Source: Ruditapes philippinarum
Lineage: Eukaryota
Reading direction: 5' to 3'
DNA: 64,000 bases
Assembly (NCBI RefSeq): GCF_026571515.1
Contig: NW_026867332.1
Coordinates: 62,001 to 126,000 of the forward strand
Shown here piece by piece: positions 37,659 to 50,800 of the stretch. The stretch's first letter is position 1. Each line of letters begins with the position of its first letter. The notes beneath the pieces were generated by a model. It had not been told where the DNA came from, did not search any database, and saw nothing but the letters and a program-made list of their open reading frames with translations. Both the position numbers and the translations under genes were made by a program.

Positions 37659-37755
37659 ACATATACTCTAATTTTGGATGTTTTGTTTTGTAATGTCTTT
37701 TTAAGTCCTGTTCCCAAACGTAGTTTTTATCACATAAATGACACTGGCAAGTCAT
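35826..37755 (-). pseudogene. Polinton-type packaging ATPase, copy 2: exon 2 open, exon 1 frameshifted, acidic tail lost at the duplication junction
   Basis: Exon 1 37755-37225, intron 37224-37082 (143 nt, GT-AG), exon 2 37081-35826. Same motifs as copy 1. Confidence 0.85.
37280..37656 (-). repeat. Coding compound minisatellite (CAG)n + NNIESHTEQNYSMHTLQ, 4 units
   Basis: One more unit than copy 1 and different CAG run lengths. Confidence 0.95.
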
Positions 37756-37832
37756 TTTGACGATGTTAACAGGTCCACGGTTCAGAGTGAAATGATTTGA
37801 GTTGACACTAAACCGCTTTTATATGTAGATAT

Positions 37833-38939
37833 TTAGAGATCCTGTAAGTCACTCTCCTTTATCCAGCTGTTGAATTTCCTTGGGTATCCCAACCATTTAA
37901 CTAACACCTCAGTCAGTCCATTTCTTCTTCGTCGCTTTAATACTTTTTCTACTTTGAAAAGATCATCACGACTTTTCTGCACCTTTTGTAGTTCACTGGA
38001 ATAGAATGTTCCTTCCACTGAATCTCCATCATAATCCACAACTTTGTATATTGCAATTCCTTGACGCAGATATCTCCTTTTTATTATGAAAATTTCTTCT
38101 GTCCATTTTTGCTGGTAATCTCGCTGAAATGTACGTCTGTTGCTGGAAAGTCTGACAAAGTCACCAACTTTGAATTTGAATGGCTTTGGTCGTTGATGCT
38201 TTCTTTTCTTGCTCTGTGGTTTTAAAGAATCGACATAAAGCCGCTTCCATATGGTGGCTTCATTGTTTGCAGTAACTTCATTTGGTAATTTCCCTCTCAA
38301 AGAAGAATGCGGTCTTGAGTTGTAGTTCCTGACTAAATCAGGTAAAATATCAAGATAATTGTATGTGCGTTTATGCGTGAAATATCTGTACATCAACGAC
38401 TTCAAACTGCGTATCAATCTCTCGGCATAGTTAGCGTGTGTTATATTATGAGTGACGAAGTGATGGATTCCTTGTTTGTTGAGAAATGATCTCACCCATC
38501 TGTTTTTCCATTCGCTACCTGGGTCTGTTCTCACTTCTTTCGGCTTGCGTCCTGACTGTAATATCTCTTTAAAGCCATCTATTATAGAATATCATGTTGT
38601 TTATTCTTCAGTGGAACCACCCATGCATAACGAGAAAAAACGTCAATGGCAACGAATAAATATCTAATTTGGTCATTTTCTTTTGCTAAACTGGATACAT
38701 CTGCCAGGTCAATGTCCCAAAGAAAATCTAGGCCTTGTGATATTACTTTTCTTGTCTTAAATTTATAACGCATTGGTCTCTGTAAACTGTAAGCATCCAC
38801 ATTCTGCAACCACTGTCTTATAGCGTGAATTTACCTTAAATTCCTTCTTCAAGAATTTGTAAATTTTTTCAGGTCCTGCATAACTTATAGGACTGTTCAA
38901 GTCAAAGTAAATATTTTGCAAGGGATCTTTCCAACTCAT
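37833..38939 (-). pseudogene. Polinton rve-chromodomain integrase, copy 2, disrupted
   Basis: ORFs 38763-39041, 38582-38809 and 37833-38534 are consecutive pieces. It shares the frameshift at KNKQHD with copy 1 and has a private indel near 38830. Confidence 0.92.
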
Positions 38940-39963
38940 TTTCATAAAATGACAAGATATTAAAAATGCACTCGCATTATATGAGGATAAAGTTACACTC
39001 CTTATATAAACATTTACATCATGTCGTGAAATAGTTAACAAGTTATTTTGAATTATCTGATGTTTTCTTCACCTGCTACAATAAAGTGAAGTACCTATTG
39101 ACTGGGATATCGTATGTCCCAGCTATTGATAAGTTTACATGTTTAAACTTGTTTGTCTAAAACTGGGACATACGATAAGGGGTTATCGTACATCCCAGTC
39201 TAAAATTAGCACTTACTGGGAACCCTTAGTGCGGAAACAGAATATGTGTCATCCATCATTCAGCAGAGCTTTCATTTTACTTTAAATTCATAAAGTGTCG
39301 TCTAATCTAAATTATAGTTACAATATGTGTAGTTTAAATCACAGTTTTATTTTTTAAAAAAATGCCTCGAAATTTACGCTAGCTAATTTAGGTAACAAGG
39401 AAATTCCGTTGGAAAATACGGATCTAAAGATAGATGGAAATTCCAATGAAAAACCGGTTCCAACTGGATTCAAGAAATCTAAAAATAGCTCGATCCTGAA
39501 TCCTGAGGCAGAACTCTCATTTCCCTATATCATCATGTGACCCCTTCCGTTTCACTTCAACTCTTTGATATGCATTTGTTGCATCAACAATTACTAGTAA
39601 TTATTTTTCAGCAATATGGGGTTTTACAAAATCTTAGACTATGGAAAGGTATCATTTGAAATTGTGCAAGTCATTATGTATTGCGTGTTTTGTATGACTA
39701 AATACGTCAATAAATTCTATATATCTATCTATATTAGGGAAAACCGATACGCTTGAATATTTCTTTTGAATTGATCTGACATGTTGTAATGATAATACTT
39801 ATATCTCTGCTCATTATAGTTATATAGTTCGACGTTTAAATGTTAATTTATTAAACAATGGAATAAAGTTGAATAAATTAGTCTTAACGAGAATACCTTA
39901 ATTTATAGTCGTATATACTATTGGTATTTGGTGTTGTTAAAATAACGGTTGTTCAATAACGGA

Positions 39964-42900
39964 ATGGCGAAATTACCTTTTCTGTTAATACTTGTTTTTA
40001 CAGTTTCATCGGCGTTTAATGAATCTGATTCAATACCGAAACAAAAGTATACGCTGCCAGAAGGTCATCCAGAACGTTGTTTTATTATGCTTGCTGAACA
40101 CAAAGATCTTCGGCGTTTAGAAGCTCTCCCTGGTGGTGGTTGGGACAATCTCCGTAATAAGGACATGGGGGCAGTTGTTCAGCATACTTATCACAAATGT
40201 ATGACAACAGAGGATGGTCGTTTTCTGATACCAGATAGTATAACGACGCTTCCAATTAAGACAAGCGGAGTAAGCACAGTGTCAGAGTTCTTTGATCACT
40301 GGGATAGCTACACGAGTGTTTCTTCAAGTTCCATTAATTTAGAGGTTGAGGTATTAGGGATACCTATTGGAGGTAAATTTTCCACAGAGTATGGGAATAT
40401 AAAAACAAAACAAATTTCTGAGAAAAGTTCGACAACTCGTATGCAAGTGAGTCAAGTTTTACAACTTTATTCAAAGAAATATTTGTTTTACTGTTTTAAT
40501 ATTTGTTCTACAATCACGTTTTCATCCTTTATTTAATTAAGTATAGTTATTACAGTGGATTAATAATATCTAGAATTAACATGTTTAACATAAATAAATA
40601 TATGCCTATCTAGAAAACCATGTTTTGTAAGGTTTTTGTTTAGTTGATATAGAAATCTTTTTGCATCTGAATTAAAATGCTAGTAGGATTTATTATTTTC
40701 TTGTAAAGGCATACCGGACTGATACAGGACTGCTTCAACTTACTTTGTTAACAAATATGACGCCGATGAAGTGCGTTCGGATGATTCCTTTTTTTTCCAT
40801 TAAAATAAAGGTTAAAGAAACAATTTAAGTCTGTTTCCTTTTTAGTTGCGCTATCGTAGGTACAATGTCATATTAGAAAACGGATACACGCTTCATCCTT
40901 CATTCAAGAGCCGTGTTCAGAAAATAGCGGCTGATTTGATGTTAAATCGATCACGTCTCGCTTCATACGAGAGTCAGCTGCTTGTACGAGACTATGGCAC
41001 TCATGTGATAAACAACGTTGAGCTTGGTGCAACACTTGTCAAAGTAAGAGTCTTTTATTCTACTATATGATGCTAGAATATAAGAATTCGTACCTTCACT
41101 AAATTTATAAACAATGAACAAATAATCAGAAAACATCAACAAACAAAAAATGCTTTTAAAATGAATGACTTGGGTTATATTTATTTATGTTATATTGATT
41201 AATTAATTGATAGTTTTATAGTTATAAAATAAATAAAATGCATAATCAAAGCCTACCTTAATCTAAAAAAAGGACGGTGCGGCCCATCATATTTTATTTG
41301 AATAATTTTGTTCTATGCACTTGTCCTATATTAACTTATGCTCAAGTTATGCAGTGACGGCGTGGCCAAGTGGTTTTGTCGTACTAGTAATCAAACGATT
41401 GATGGCCGCATGGGTTCAACCATGATCAGGGGCAAGCTGTTGCTTCCGTGAATAAGAAACTTTACACTCATTGTTGGCGTCCGCGCCGAAGCGCGGCGCT
41501 CTTATGGAATGAGATCAGATTTTGTGAAAGGGCGACAGCAACTTCTCGAGCCTTTTAGTCGGTCATAATAAAAGCCGAAAATTCCGATCGGTATGAGGGT
41601 GCTTGATTATTAAATAAGAATGAAATGTCGCGATATGTTACAATGAATTTTCGCAATGCAAACATTTACAAATGAAATAACCTTTTCCGTCAATAAATCG
41701 CGCTCTTCGGGGTTTTTTATTTATCATTTTGTAGTACACAGTCGGTTATCATGTCATGGTATGTTATTGTTGTACATGTATCCTAGAATGATCAGTTGAT
41801 GACCTAAATATTCCAAAAACCTATTTATAGATATATCTTTTTATCACTCCTATCGGTAAATGCCGGTCTCTCCCGGTCTATTTTGACCAGGATTTACTAG
41901 TGACCGGCGAATAGTACCACACGTTTATTGTCCAGTCTCTCCCGATTTTGGAGTAGATGTTTGATATCGTTACAATTGGAAAAAAACAACAATAGCATGT
42001 TTCATTTTATCTATATGAGATAAAAACAATAAATATGTACACGGATTTATATGTAATATAAATCCGTGATATGTACAATAATTGAGAAAAAGGTACATTT
42101 TTTATGGTATTAAAATGACATTATCAACTTTGAAACATTTTATTTAATTATTCAATTTGTTATCCGTGTTTAGTAAAGATGCCGAGGAATTTTTCAAAGT
42201 TACAAATTAGATTTTATGAATTATTCAATTGATCGATAATTTAAAAAATGATAAAGAAAAATACAATGTACATGTACATGGTTTAAGAATAAACAATATT
42301 ATATATTGAAAGATAAACCATAATTTACTGACTTTTTCCAGTTAAGCTTTTACTTATAATCGTCGGTCAATATGACAATTGAATTCTTAAAATTTATTTT
42401 ACAATTTTAATAAAAAAGAGTAGTAAAAACTCAGTATTAAAATAGCACATAAAACACAAAAAAGAATAAAAGAAAACAATATTCATAAAATTTGTATTTT
42501 TTTTTAAATTAAAATTAATAGATATTACAATTATTGTATAATAAACAATTATGCTCAACATGATCAACATGGTAATATAACCAGTGTCATATTTTTACTA
42601 ACTTAAAGTGTGAACAGATACCTTAAGGGGGTCTTCGCTAATAGCGATAACATGTACATAATAAGGGACAAATGTGTGGTACGTGTTGATCATGCGTTAC
42701 ACATATGGATTATAAATGATTGCATACATGTATATCCGTTGCTATTAATAACCACGATCATAAAGAAATAACAAGTAATATTCTAATCTCTAGCATGCCA
42801 ATCAAAGTTCATAATGAACAATGTCTTTCGTCCGCTCATTCATAAGTGGTATACATTTCTGGTAGTTTATAACATATCTTGTCATCATATGTGTACTAGT

Positions 42901-45143
42901 TCATCTTCACTTGCTGCATTTCTTGCTTGGACGCCCTTTGATGCTTTGCATCAATGCTTTTCTTGTACTGGTTTGTTCCAGGAAAAGATTCGAGACTGTT
43001 AAAATAAGCTTATAGCTTCGAACACAATCGAACTAAAATAAATTAATATAAACTAACTAATGATGAATTTGACAGACAGATCAAATAACAATATCACAAG
43101 ATGGAAGCTCTGAATCCGACAGTCGGCAAAGAACAATATCTGCAGCTGCTGCCGCGTTCTTTGAAGAAGTTGGCATCCATTTCGGTGTTTCGTATTCTAC
43201 ATCATCATCGAATGAAGCAGTAAACAATTACAAAAATTCACGATTGTCCTCTGAAATTATAACACTTGGTGGAGATATTTACAAGTAAGTTCAACATACC
43301 GCTTAAATTTATAAATGTTTCTAAGTTTTCAAAAATAATATACATGTAATGGGTTATTTATATAACGTCACGTTGTCATCATCACTAAGTACATTTGTAG
43401 TTTCAACTGTACTCTATCATGAAATTATGTTTTCAATTATATCAGAAATAAACAAGTTTTTCCTGCATATGACGCCATGTCGACCTTATGTTATATTCTT
43501 TAAATTTTTTACAAATAACGCTTTATTTGTATAATTTTACTGTCTATTGAACCAATGTCTTTGAGTAGTTAAAATTAAGCGATTTTATCTTGATGATTTA
43601 TTATTGTGTATTTCTAAAAATATAAACATGTTGGGTCAATGTTTTTCTTTGGATAAAAAAAGTATACATGAAAATATTTTCATGTGCTTATACTTGTATA
43701 TATATTTTATAATTTATATATTTTATAAATAATTTATATTTTGTCAGCTTTCACATGCCATCACACTGTTCTTTTTGTTGTTTATTTGTTTTTATGTCTT
43801 CTTGTTTATATATAAAATAGAAGAAAATAATTGAATTCAATTTCTTCATTTCTTTATACTGTAAATGTTTTTGTATTCTTTTGTTCAGGCCAAGTCAATA
43901 TTCTGCTGAAAACTGGAGCAGCTCAATTGAAAACAATCTTGTGCCACTAGATAGATCGGGGGACCCATTATATTTATTCGTTAATGAAAACAACCTACCT
44001 GGGATACCAGAGTACATTATAGAAAAGGTCCATAGTTCTGTCAAAAAAGCTGTTTATCGTTATTACATACAAAATGTACATAAAGGATGTACGGTACGAA
44101 ACGCGCCAAATTTTAGCTTTCAGGCTAACGTTAATGATAGTACATGTGATCCGCCTAAGACAAGTTTTACTTTTGGAGGTGTTTATCAAACGTGTTCGAA
44201 CACAGGTTATGTAAATCTATGTGATGGAATGTCTGTTAAGAATCCATTAACTGGTGACTTCAGTTGCCCAAACAACTACGAAGCTATTCGCATCAACAGC
44301 GGAAAAAAGACCCAACAAAGAAATAGAGCTGTGATAGTGAAATGTGGCTGGTTTTTTCATCTTGGAAAGTGTGCCAAAAATGTAATAGACATTGCAAGCG
44401 CCGATTATGAAGCATTTTGGTGTGCTAAAATCAATGCAAGCAGTCCAGGTGGATATATGTTTGGCGGTTTGTATACCCAACATATAGATAATGTGGTTAC
44501 ACAAACAAAAGTATGTCCAGCATACTTTATCCCGTTAACTATACTTGAAGACCTAACTATATGTGTTAGCGATGACTATGAACAAGGTTCACAATTTAAT
44601 CTTCCTTTTGCAGGCTTATTCAGCTGTGCTGCAGGAAATCCAATGGCATTGGACTCTATTAAAGGAACAAACAGAAGTTATCCAAACTCCTGTCCAGAAG
44701 GGTATAGCCAACATTTAGCGGATGTAGATGACGGATGCGAGATAAATTATTGCATTCAATCCGGCGCAATAACAATGGAACAATTACCGAAAATAAAACT
44801 ACCTCCTTATATGTCAAGACCTTTAGACATACCACAGAAAGAGACAGAAGATGATTCGTCAATGACCATTTTCAGTAGTGATGGTACAAGTTGGTCTTCT
44901 TTAGAGGATGAAGTTGTTAAAGCAGCTTCCAGTAACAACACTTTAATTTTTCTAATTCATAGTAATGCACTGGATGCTACTGATAAAAACTACGAGCAGG
45001 TTTCTGCTGTTACAGTTGCAGTAATATCTGTGACTGGAACACTTCTCTTTGTGCTGATAGTTAAAGGCATAGCTTGGGCAATCAGACGGAGGAGAGGTGC
45101 TACGTTGACATATCAAAGATTCGATGATTTAACATATATGTAA
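39964..45143 (+). CDS. MPEG1: Perforin-2 / MPEG1 paralog B, 4 exons, 714 aa
   Basis: Exons 39964-40446, 40846-41043, 43076-43284, 43889-45143 (2145 nt). Same intron positions and phases, and the same MACPF/P2/TM motifs, as paralog A. Confidence 0.96.
41350..43060 (+). mobile_element. tRNA-derived (CORE-like) SINE split by a later insertion; halves 41350-41473 and ~42958-43060
   Basis: Head ggcgtggccaagtggtt..gggttcaacc; body aagaaactttacactcattg| resumes after the insert as |ttcttgtactggtttgttccagg, then an AAAT/AACT-rich tail. Confidence 0.65.
41474..42958 (+). mobile_element. Helentron/HINE-like insertion (~1.5 kb) inside the SINE
   Basis: T-rich target, subterminal inverted repeat GGCGTCC (41476) / GGACGCC (42929), and 3' hairpin TTGATGC-TTT-GCATCAA (42938-42954). 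Confidence 0.7.
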
Positions 45144-46049
45144 CTGCCTGGGCAAAAGAAAGATACAAGTATCTAGTAAAACATATTTTAGATGTTTTGA
45201 ACATACATAATTGAATCATCTATCGCATTTTGCTGGTCTAGAAAATTGACATTTGTAATTTTGTATTCATGTATTTAAGTGATTTCAGTTTTGATCTGCC
45301 TTAGTTATATAAGTCATACGATTTTAAACTTGTTAAACATGAGACAATACGCTTATGTGTATGATTAATATGTAAATAATTGTTAAAAACATTATCAAAT
45401 AAATTTGCATCATCAACAGTGTCATAAAAGCGTTAGCAGATGGCAAATCTTGAATATACATGTACTAGATTGCAATGAGAAAAAGAGAGTCTAATGGAAG
45501 TCAAAAATGACAACTTTAAACAACATAAAAATTTGGGCGACTTAAATTTCCTGATCGATTTTACATAACATGCAATTGTATTTATCTAAATTCAAGGAAA
45601 TAATGGGCCATCAACACTCTTAACAGTGCTAAACACAACTTAGAACAGTTTTTATAAGCATGAACCTTTGAGACAAGCTTCTAATATTTGGGCCATAACA
45701 TTTACAAAAGATTGAATTGATAAGATCACCATCCCATGAACGGGTGTACACTAAAGAATAGTTTGATTCCCTCATCAAACTAGTGAGGAGTGTGTGTTTT
45801 AAGTTTAACAAGCAATTATCATAGTATTGCAAGCAATCCAGAAGTCCCCTACCGGTTAGAACCCCAGCAACATTCTGAAGGGCCATTGGTCATTCACTTA
45901 TGTTTCTATTTTAAGTAAATTTGTTGAAAAAGTTCTTTAAAAGTGATCACAGGAAACAGTTTTTATGTACAGACAGACAGACGGACAGAAGGACACTCTA
46001 ACATCATTTTCTTAAACATCCCTGTTATCAAAATATAACCTTTTTAAAA

Positions 46050-47402
46050 GCAAAACTCTTAAAAAGGAGATAACTCTTGAAATAAAGATGCAAGACGTCA
46101 TACATGATGCGAGTGTAACAAAGAACAATTAGTAATGAAGGTATTGATAATGAATGTTTATTTTGAATTTGAAGTAAAAGAAAGTTAAAAGAACGAATAA
46201 GAAAAATTCAAAGTTTAAAGAGAAGATAATTCTGGAAATATGGATGCTAGATTTATAAACCTAGTCATATTATTATGATGTGGGAGTTTGAAGAAAATCA
46301 TATAATGATTGAAGCAATTGGAGTAAAAATTACCATTTTCTCAAAAAAAGTTCAAAAGAGACATAATTCTGAAAATAGTCTTGCTAGAGTATTGAACTTT
46401 CTCACAAATGCTGAGTGATAATAAGAAACATATATATGAAGATTGAAGTAGATACATTCAGAAAAAAAGAAGTTATTAAAAAAAACAATATTTTTTTCAT
46501 GAAAATTTTAAGTTCAAGGGAGGAAATTCTGATCAAGTTGTAAACCTTGTCACATATGATGTGGTTGATGACTAGAAACTTATATTTAAAGTTTGAAGAA
46601 AAAACCTAAAGAAAGAAAGAACTTATAGTGAAAAAACGTAAAAACTAGAATCAGAAATCTTGAAATTCAGTCTATTTGTTGCCATAGTAACCAGAATTTT
46701 CAACATCGGAAGAAAAGAAAAAGACGTGCATAATCTCCAGACTGCCATCTACCCATATTTTAAGTTTCATAAAAAATATTTTCAGTACTTTTTGCGTTAT
46801 CACTGGTTCCAGGATATGTGTAAAATTTGCCATATTTTCAGTCTTTTTGTTGCCATAGCAACCAGAATTTTCAACATAGGAAGAAAGAGACGTGCATAAT
46901 CTCCATACTGCCTTATATCCATATATCAAGTTTCATAAAAATATTTTCAGTATTTTTTGCGATATTGCTGGATCGAGGTTATGTGTAAAATTTGCCATAT
47001 TTTCAGTCTATTTGTTGCCATAGCAACCAGAATTTCAACATAGGAAGAAAAGAAAAAGACGTGCATATACTGCCATCTATCCATAATTATCAAGTTTCAT
47101 AAAAATATTTTCAGTACTTTTTGCGTTATCACTGGCCAGGTTATGTGTAAAATTTGCCATATTTTCAGTCTATTTGTTGCCATAGCAACCAGAATTTTCA
47201 ACATAGGAAGAAAAGAAAAAGACGTGCATAATAACCATACTGCCATCTATCAATATATCAAGTTTCATAAAAATATTTTCAGTATTTTTTGTGATATCGC
47301 AGGATCCAGTTTTGTGGACAGATGGAATGACGGACGCCGACGGACAGACGAACGGAGGGTAAACCTAAAGTCCCCTCCGGTAAACCTGTAGGGGACTAAT
47401 AA
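46050..47402 (+). mobile_element. HINE-like composite tandem-repeat element(s): diverged array ~46050-46630 and a ~150-165-bp array 46660-47300
   Basis: ttcagtctatttgttgccatagcaaccagaattttcaacat occurs four times; (GACG/GACA)n microsatellite; terminal hairpin agtcccct..aggggact. Confidence 0.75.
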
Positions 47403-47856
47403 GGGTCCCTCTTCCCTTTCAGGCACTGAGAGTACGGACCCCTAATTTGAGGAGTTCATTTTCTGCTATTTATCTTTGTCCATAAGTAATTTTTAAAAAA
47501 AATATGTACATACAGAAAGAAATAAAACATACTTCTTATACAATTTCATAATTGGTTGTATACGAAATCGAATATTTTATGTTAGATTTCTGTATGCTAG
47601 TTAAATTAACAACAGTATCTCCAACATCTTTATAAACAATACAAAACTGCACAAACATTGATATTGACAATCAAGTTTATTCTGAAACATTTTATGAGAA
47701 CTACATAATTAAAATGGGCATTTACACAGACAAATACAAGCACCTCCTAACAGTATCATTCATACCTGTATTGCCTAACAAACACCTGAACATGTGTATA
47801 CAAAAACTAAACTTTTGTATACGACAGAAAATGAACAATATCTCACTAGTTTCAGA

Positions 47857-50800
47857 TTATCTGCCCTCATGATTAATATCCTTAAGTTCTGAAGTGTTTT
47901 CAAGGTATTCTTGTAATTTATCACCACTGACGTCTGGAAGTTCTGGAATCTCTTCCTCATCCATTTCAAACTCTTCAAGAATTTCTTCTCTCTTTTTCTG
48001 ATGCATTGTTTTCGCATAGTCTCTTTGTCTGCGAATCTTCTCTTCATACAGGGCAAGGTATTTATCCATCCAGCCTTCTTTTTCAGGATGCATTAAATTG
48101 AAACGTTCATTTATTTCCTTCGGAATATAATGCTCTGTCTCTGTTCTTTGATAAGGAATACCAATAGCATTACGTGTAATATACGATTTTGGCTCATCTA
48201 TTTCTCCTTTTTCTAGTAACTTGTAGGCGATATCTCTCTCTCTGACAACATCCAGTAAATTTTCCATGCTTTCCTCAACCTGAATAACAATGATAAAATC
48301 GAACTTTGAAAATCCTTATTTTATCCTAAATTTTGCATTCAGGTTGGTCTGGCCATTCATTTTTTTATACCTAAACCTGCTGACTTTGTGTAAAGGATTT
48401 GCCTCGCTTTGGATTTTAGACAGTCAATTCTGAGATTAAAGCTACATGCCATCAGATGAGCCAAAATGTTTTAAGAAAATCAAACTGCTATTTTTGCATA
48501 TTTTGACCTCTTTTTGGTAATTAACATGAAATAAATTTTCGTAGTTAACTAAAATATTTTTCTTTTTAATACATTTTCAAAATTTTCATGAAAATAAGCA
48601 TGAATTTGGAGGCGTGATGCTTTAAGGGATTTCAATTATATCAAAATACAAAGATGTTTTGTAGTTAGCTGGATAATTTTGGCACTTTATTCATGTAAAA
48701 CATAGCAGCTGTAACTTTAGGAATTGAATATGTTTTTTTTTTAAAACCGATAAACAATTGACACTGCATGATTGCACAGAATGATATACATGTACCTTGA
48801 TAAAACAGAAGAAATATAAACAAGATTTTACCTTCTCAAAACGTTCCGGACTTGGCAAAGCCTCCAATTCACTCCTATACATGTGTTCCATGGTCATTAA
48901 GAGATTCCGCTCTTTCAATAACACATACCTTAAATAGATGAACATGTCAAACATTTGTGATAAAATCAAATTAACTTTTTCAATATAGTTCATGTTCTTA
49001 TAGGAACCTTATTTTGTCAGTTAAAAGATGCGTATCTCAAGATTAAAATTGACCTCAAGGGTATTAAGAGCCCACAAGTGTGGGTAACTGGCTGGTCCTA
49101 ATAACTCAGTCTTGAGTGCTGAGATCAAGTGAGCTTAAGTCATTTGATTAAACTAAAGAAAAAATACTAACAGATAACCTTCACACTAAATCAAATAGTT
49201 GTGTGTGTGTGCAATATCATATTTCTAAGTACATGACTGTATATTTACAATTCTGACCCACCTAAATCTAGGTTTCAGATTTCACACTATATTTAAAAAA
49301 AAAAAAAAATATGGAAATGTAAAACTGGTACACATCTTTATGACCCTGAATGAGATATCCAAAACAAAAAAAATCTTTCTGCACCATGAAGGTAGTTAAA
49401 CCTGCAACTTGACTATTTAAGCCACTAGATGGCACTGGGGCAGATTTTCATGGTATTTTTGATATGCTTCACATCTAACAGCCCTTTTTAGAAATAGTAA
49501 AATAACCAAGAAGTATTTTGCCTAAAAACTTTTTGTATAACTTCTTTGCAACATTTGAAATAAAATGGCAGAGAAAACATCACCAAAGATTCACTTAAAT
49601 GTACTTTGTGAAAAAAAAAATCAGTTAACTGTCAAAAATTTGAAAATCCCGGGCCGGAGTAAATGGGATCATGAACTGCAGGTTGTAAACAAATACACGT
49701 GGCAGTGTTAACTTTCCAGTAGAAACTTAAAATATTACTCTAGGAAGGGAGCTGCTGATCAGTAATCGTCTGCTATAGTGTTTGTTTACATCAGCTAAAT
49801 TTAGCACAGGTACAGTGTCCTTTGCATGATTTATCTGATAAACACGCCTACAAAATTCTCCCTACCAGGGCAGGGATTTTTGCGGCTTTAAAGTCAACAC
49901 TTCCTTTTTTGTCCGAAAAAAGCTAAAAAATCAACTTCATATCATTCATTTTTATATTTTATATGTTTTATCTATTTTTTGTTGCCATTTTAACCGTTCT
50001 TTTCAAAAGGATTCTTTTACATGAAGTAATGATGTTTAAATTACTTAATTTCATGGTTAAAATTGATGTGCTTATAAATGTCTAACTATGAAGAAATCAA
50101 AAACAGTTTACCATAACTTATGTAGATCAGTGTTACTTTTTATTCTCAGTTCTTCTTTTCTCCATGGTCGACCTGAAATATTTTTATAACAATGAATCAT
50201 TCAATTATTAGGCCCATAAAGCCGTGAAAAATGGTACAATTTTCATTTTTTTAAACTTTTCGGAAAAAGTACTCGTCGTCCATATACTGTAGCTAAACTA
50301 TTTTTTGTTTCTTTTCCTTTTTGACATTTTTGGCAATTAGTAGTTATAGTGATTGGGTATTTTGTATGGAAGTTACCAAGTAAAAAAAAACACATGTTGA
50401 CATTTTGCCTTCTTTATGACAGATTATTCCACATTCAGTACTACATCTCCGCATAAATATAATGCTCTTAATGAATTTTATTCTAAATATTACTATTTCA
50501 ACACATGTTTGCCTTTTCTGAAAAGAATAAATAAAAAAAAAAAATTATCAATTTACTATAATGTACTATAATTGATTCAATTCCCTATATCTTGAAATAA
50601 TGCATAGCACTGAATTTAACACTCCTTTACTTATGTGCAAGTAAAAAAATAACATTTATGTAGCAGACAATTATAATTTAGAAATATATTTCTGTACTTA
50701 TCTAGTCTTGAAAACAATAAACACAGCATATACATCTCAATGGTAAAAAGAATATTCTTGAGCACTAGAAAAACTTTTAACAAGAGGGCCAAGATGGCCC

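Larger units (their letters stand above)
32503..39278. repeat. Direct tandem duplication of a ~3.4-kb Polinton module (32503-35855 and 35856-39278)
   Basis: The two units are near-identical. The junction cagagctatcatttt|agagtaaaattc joins the end of unit 1 to the sequence seen at 32503. Confidence 0.95.

Noticed and set aside
46660-47391. Repeated ORFs (FSLFVAIATRIFNIGRK), and similar ORFs at 4247 and 19447
   Set aside because: Translations of tandem-repeat cores.
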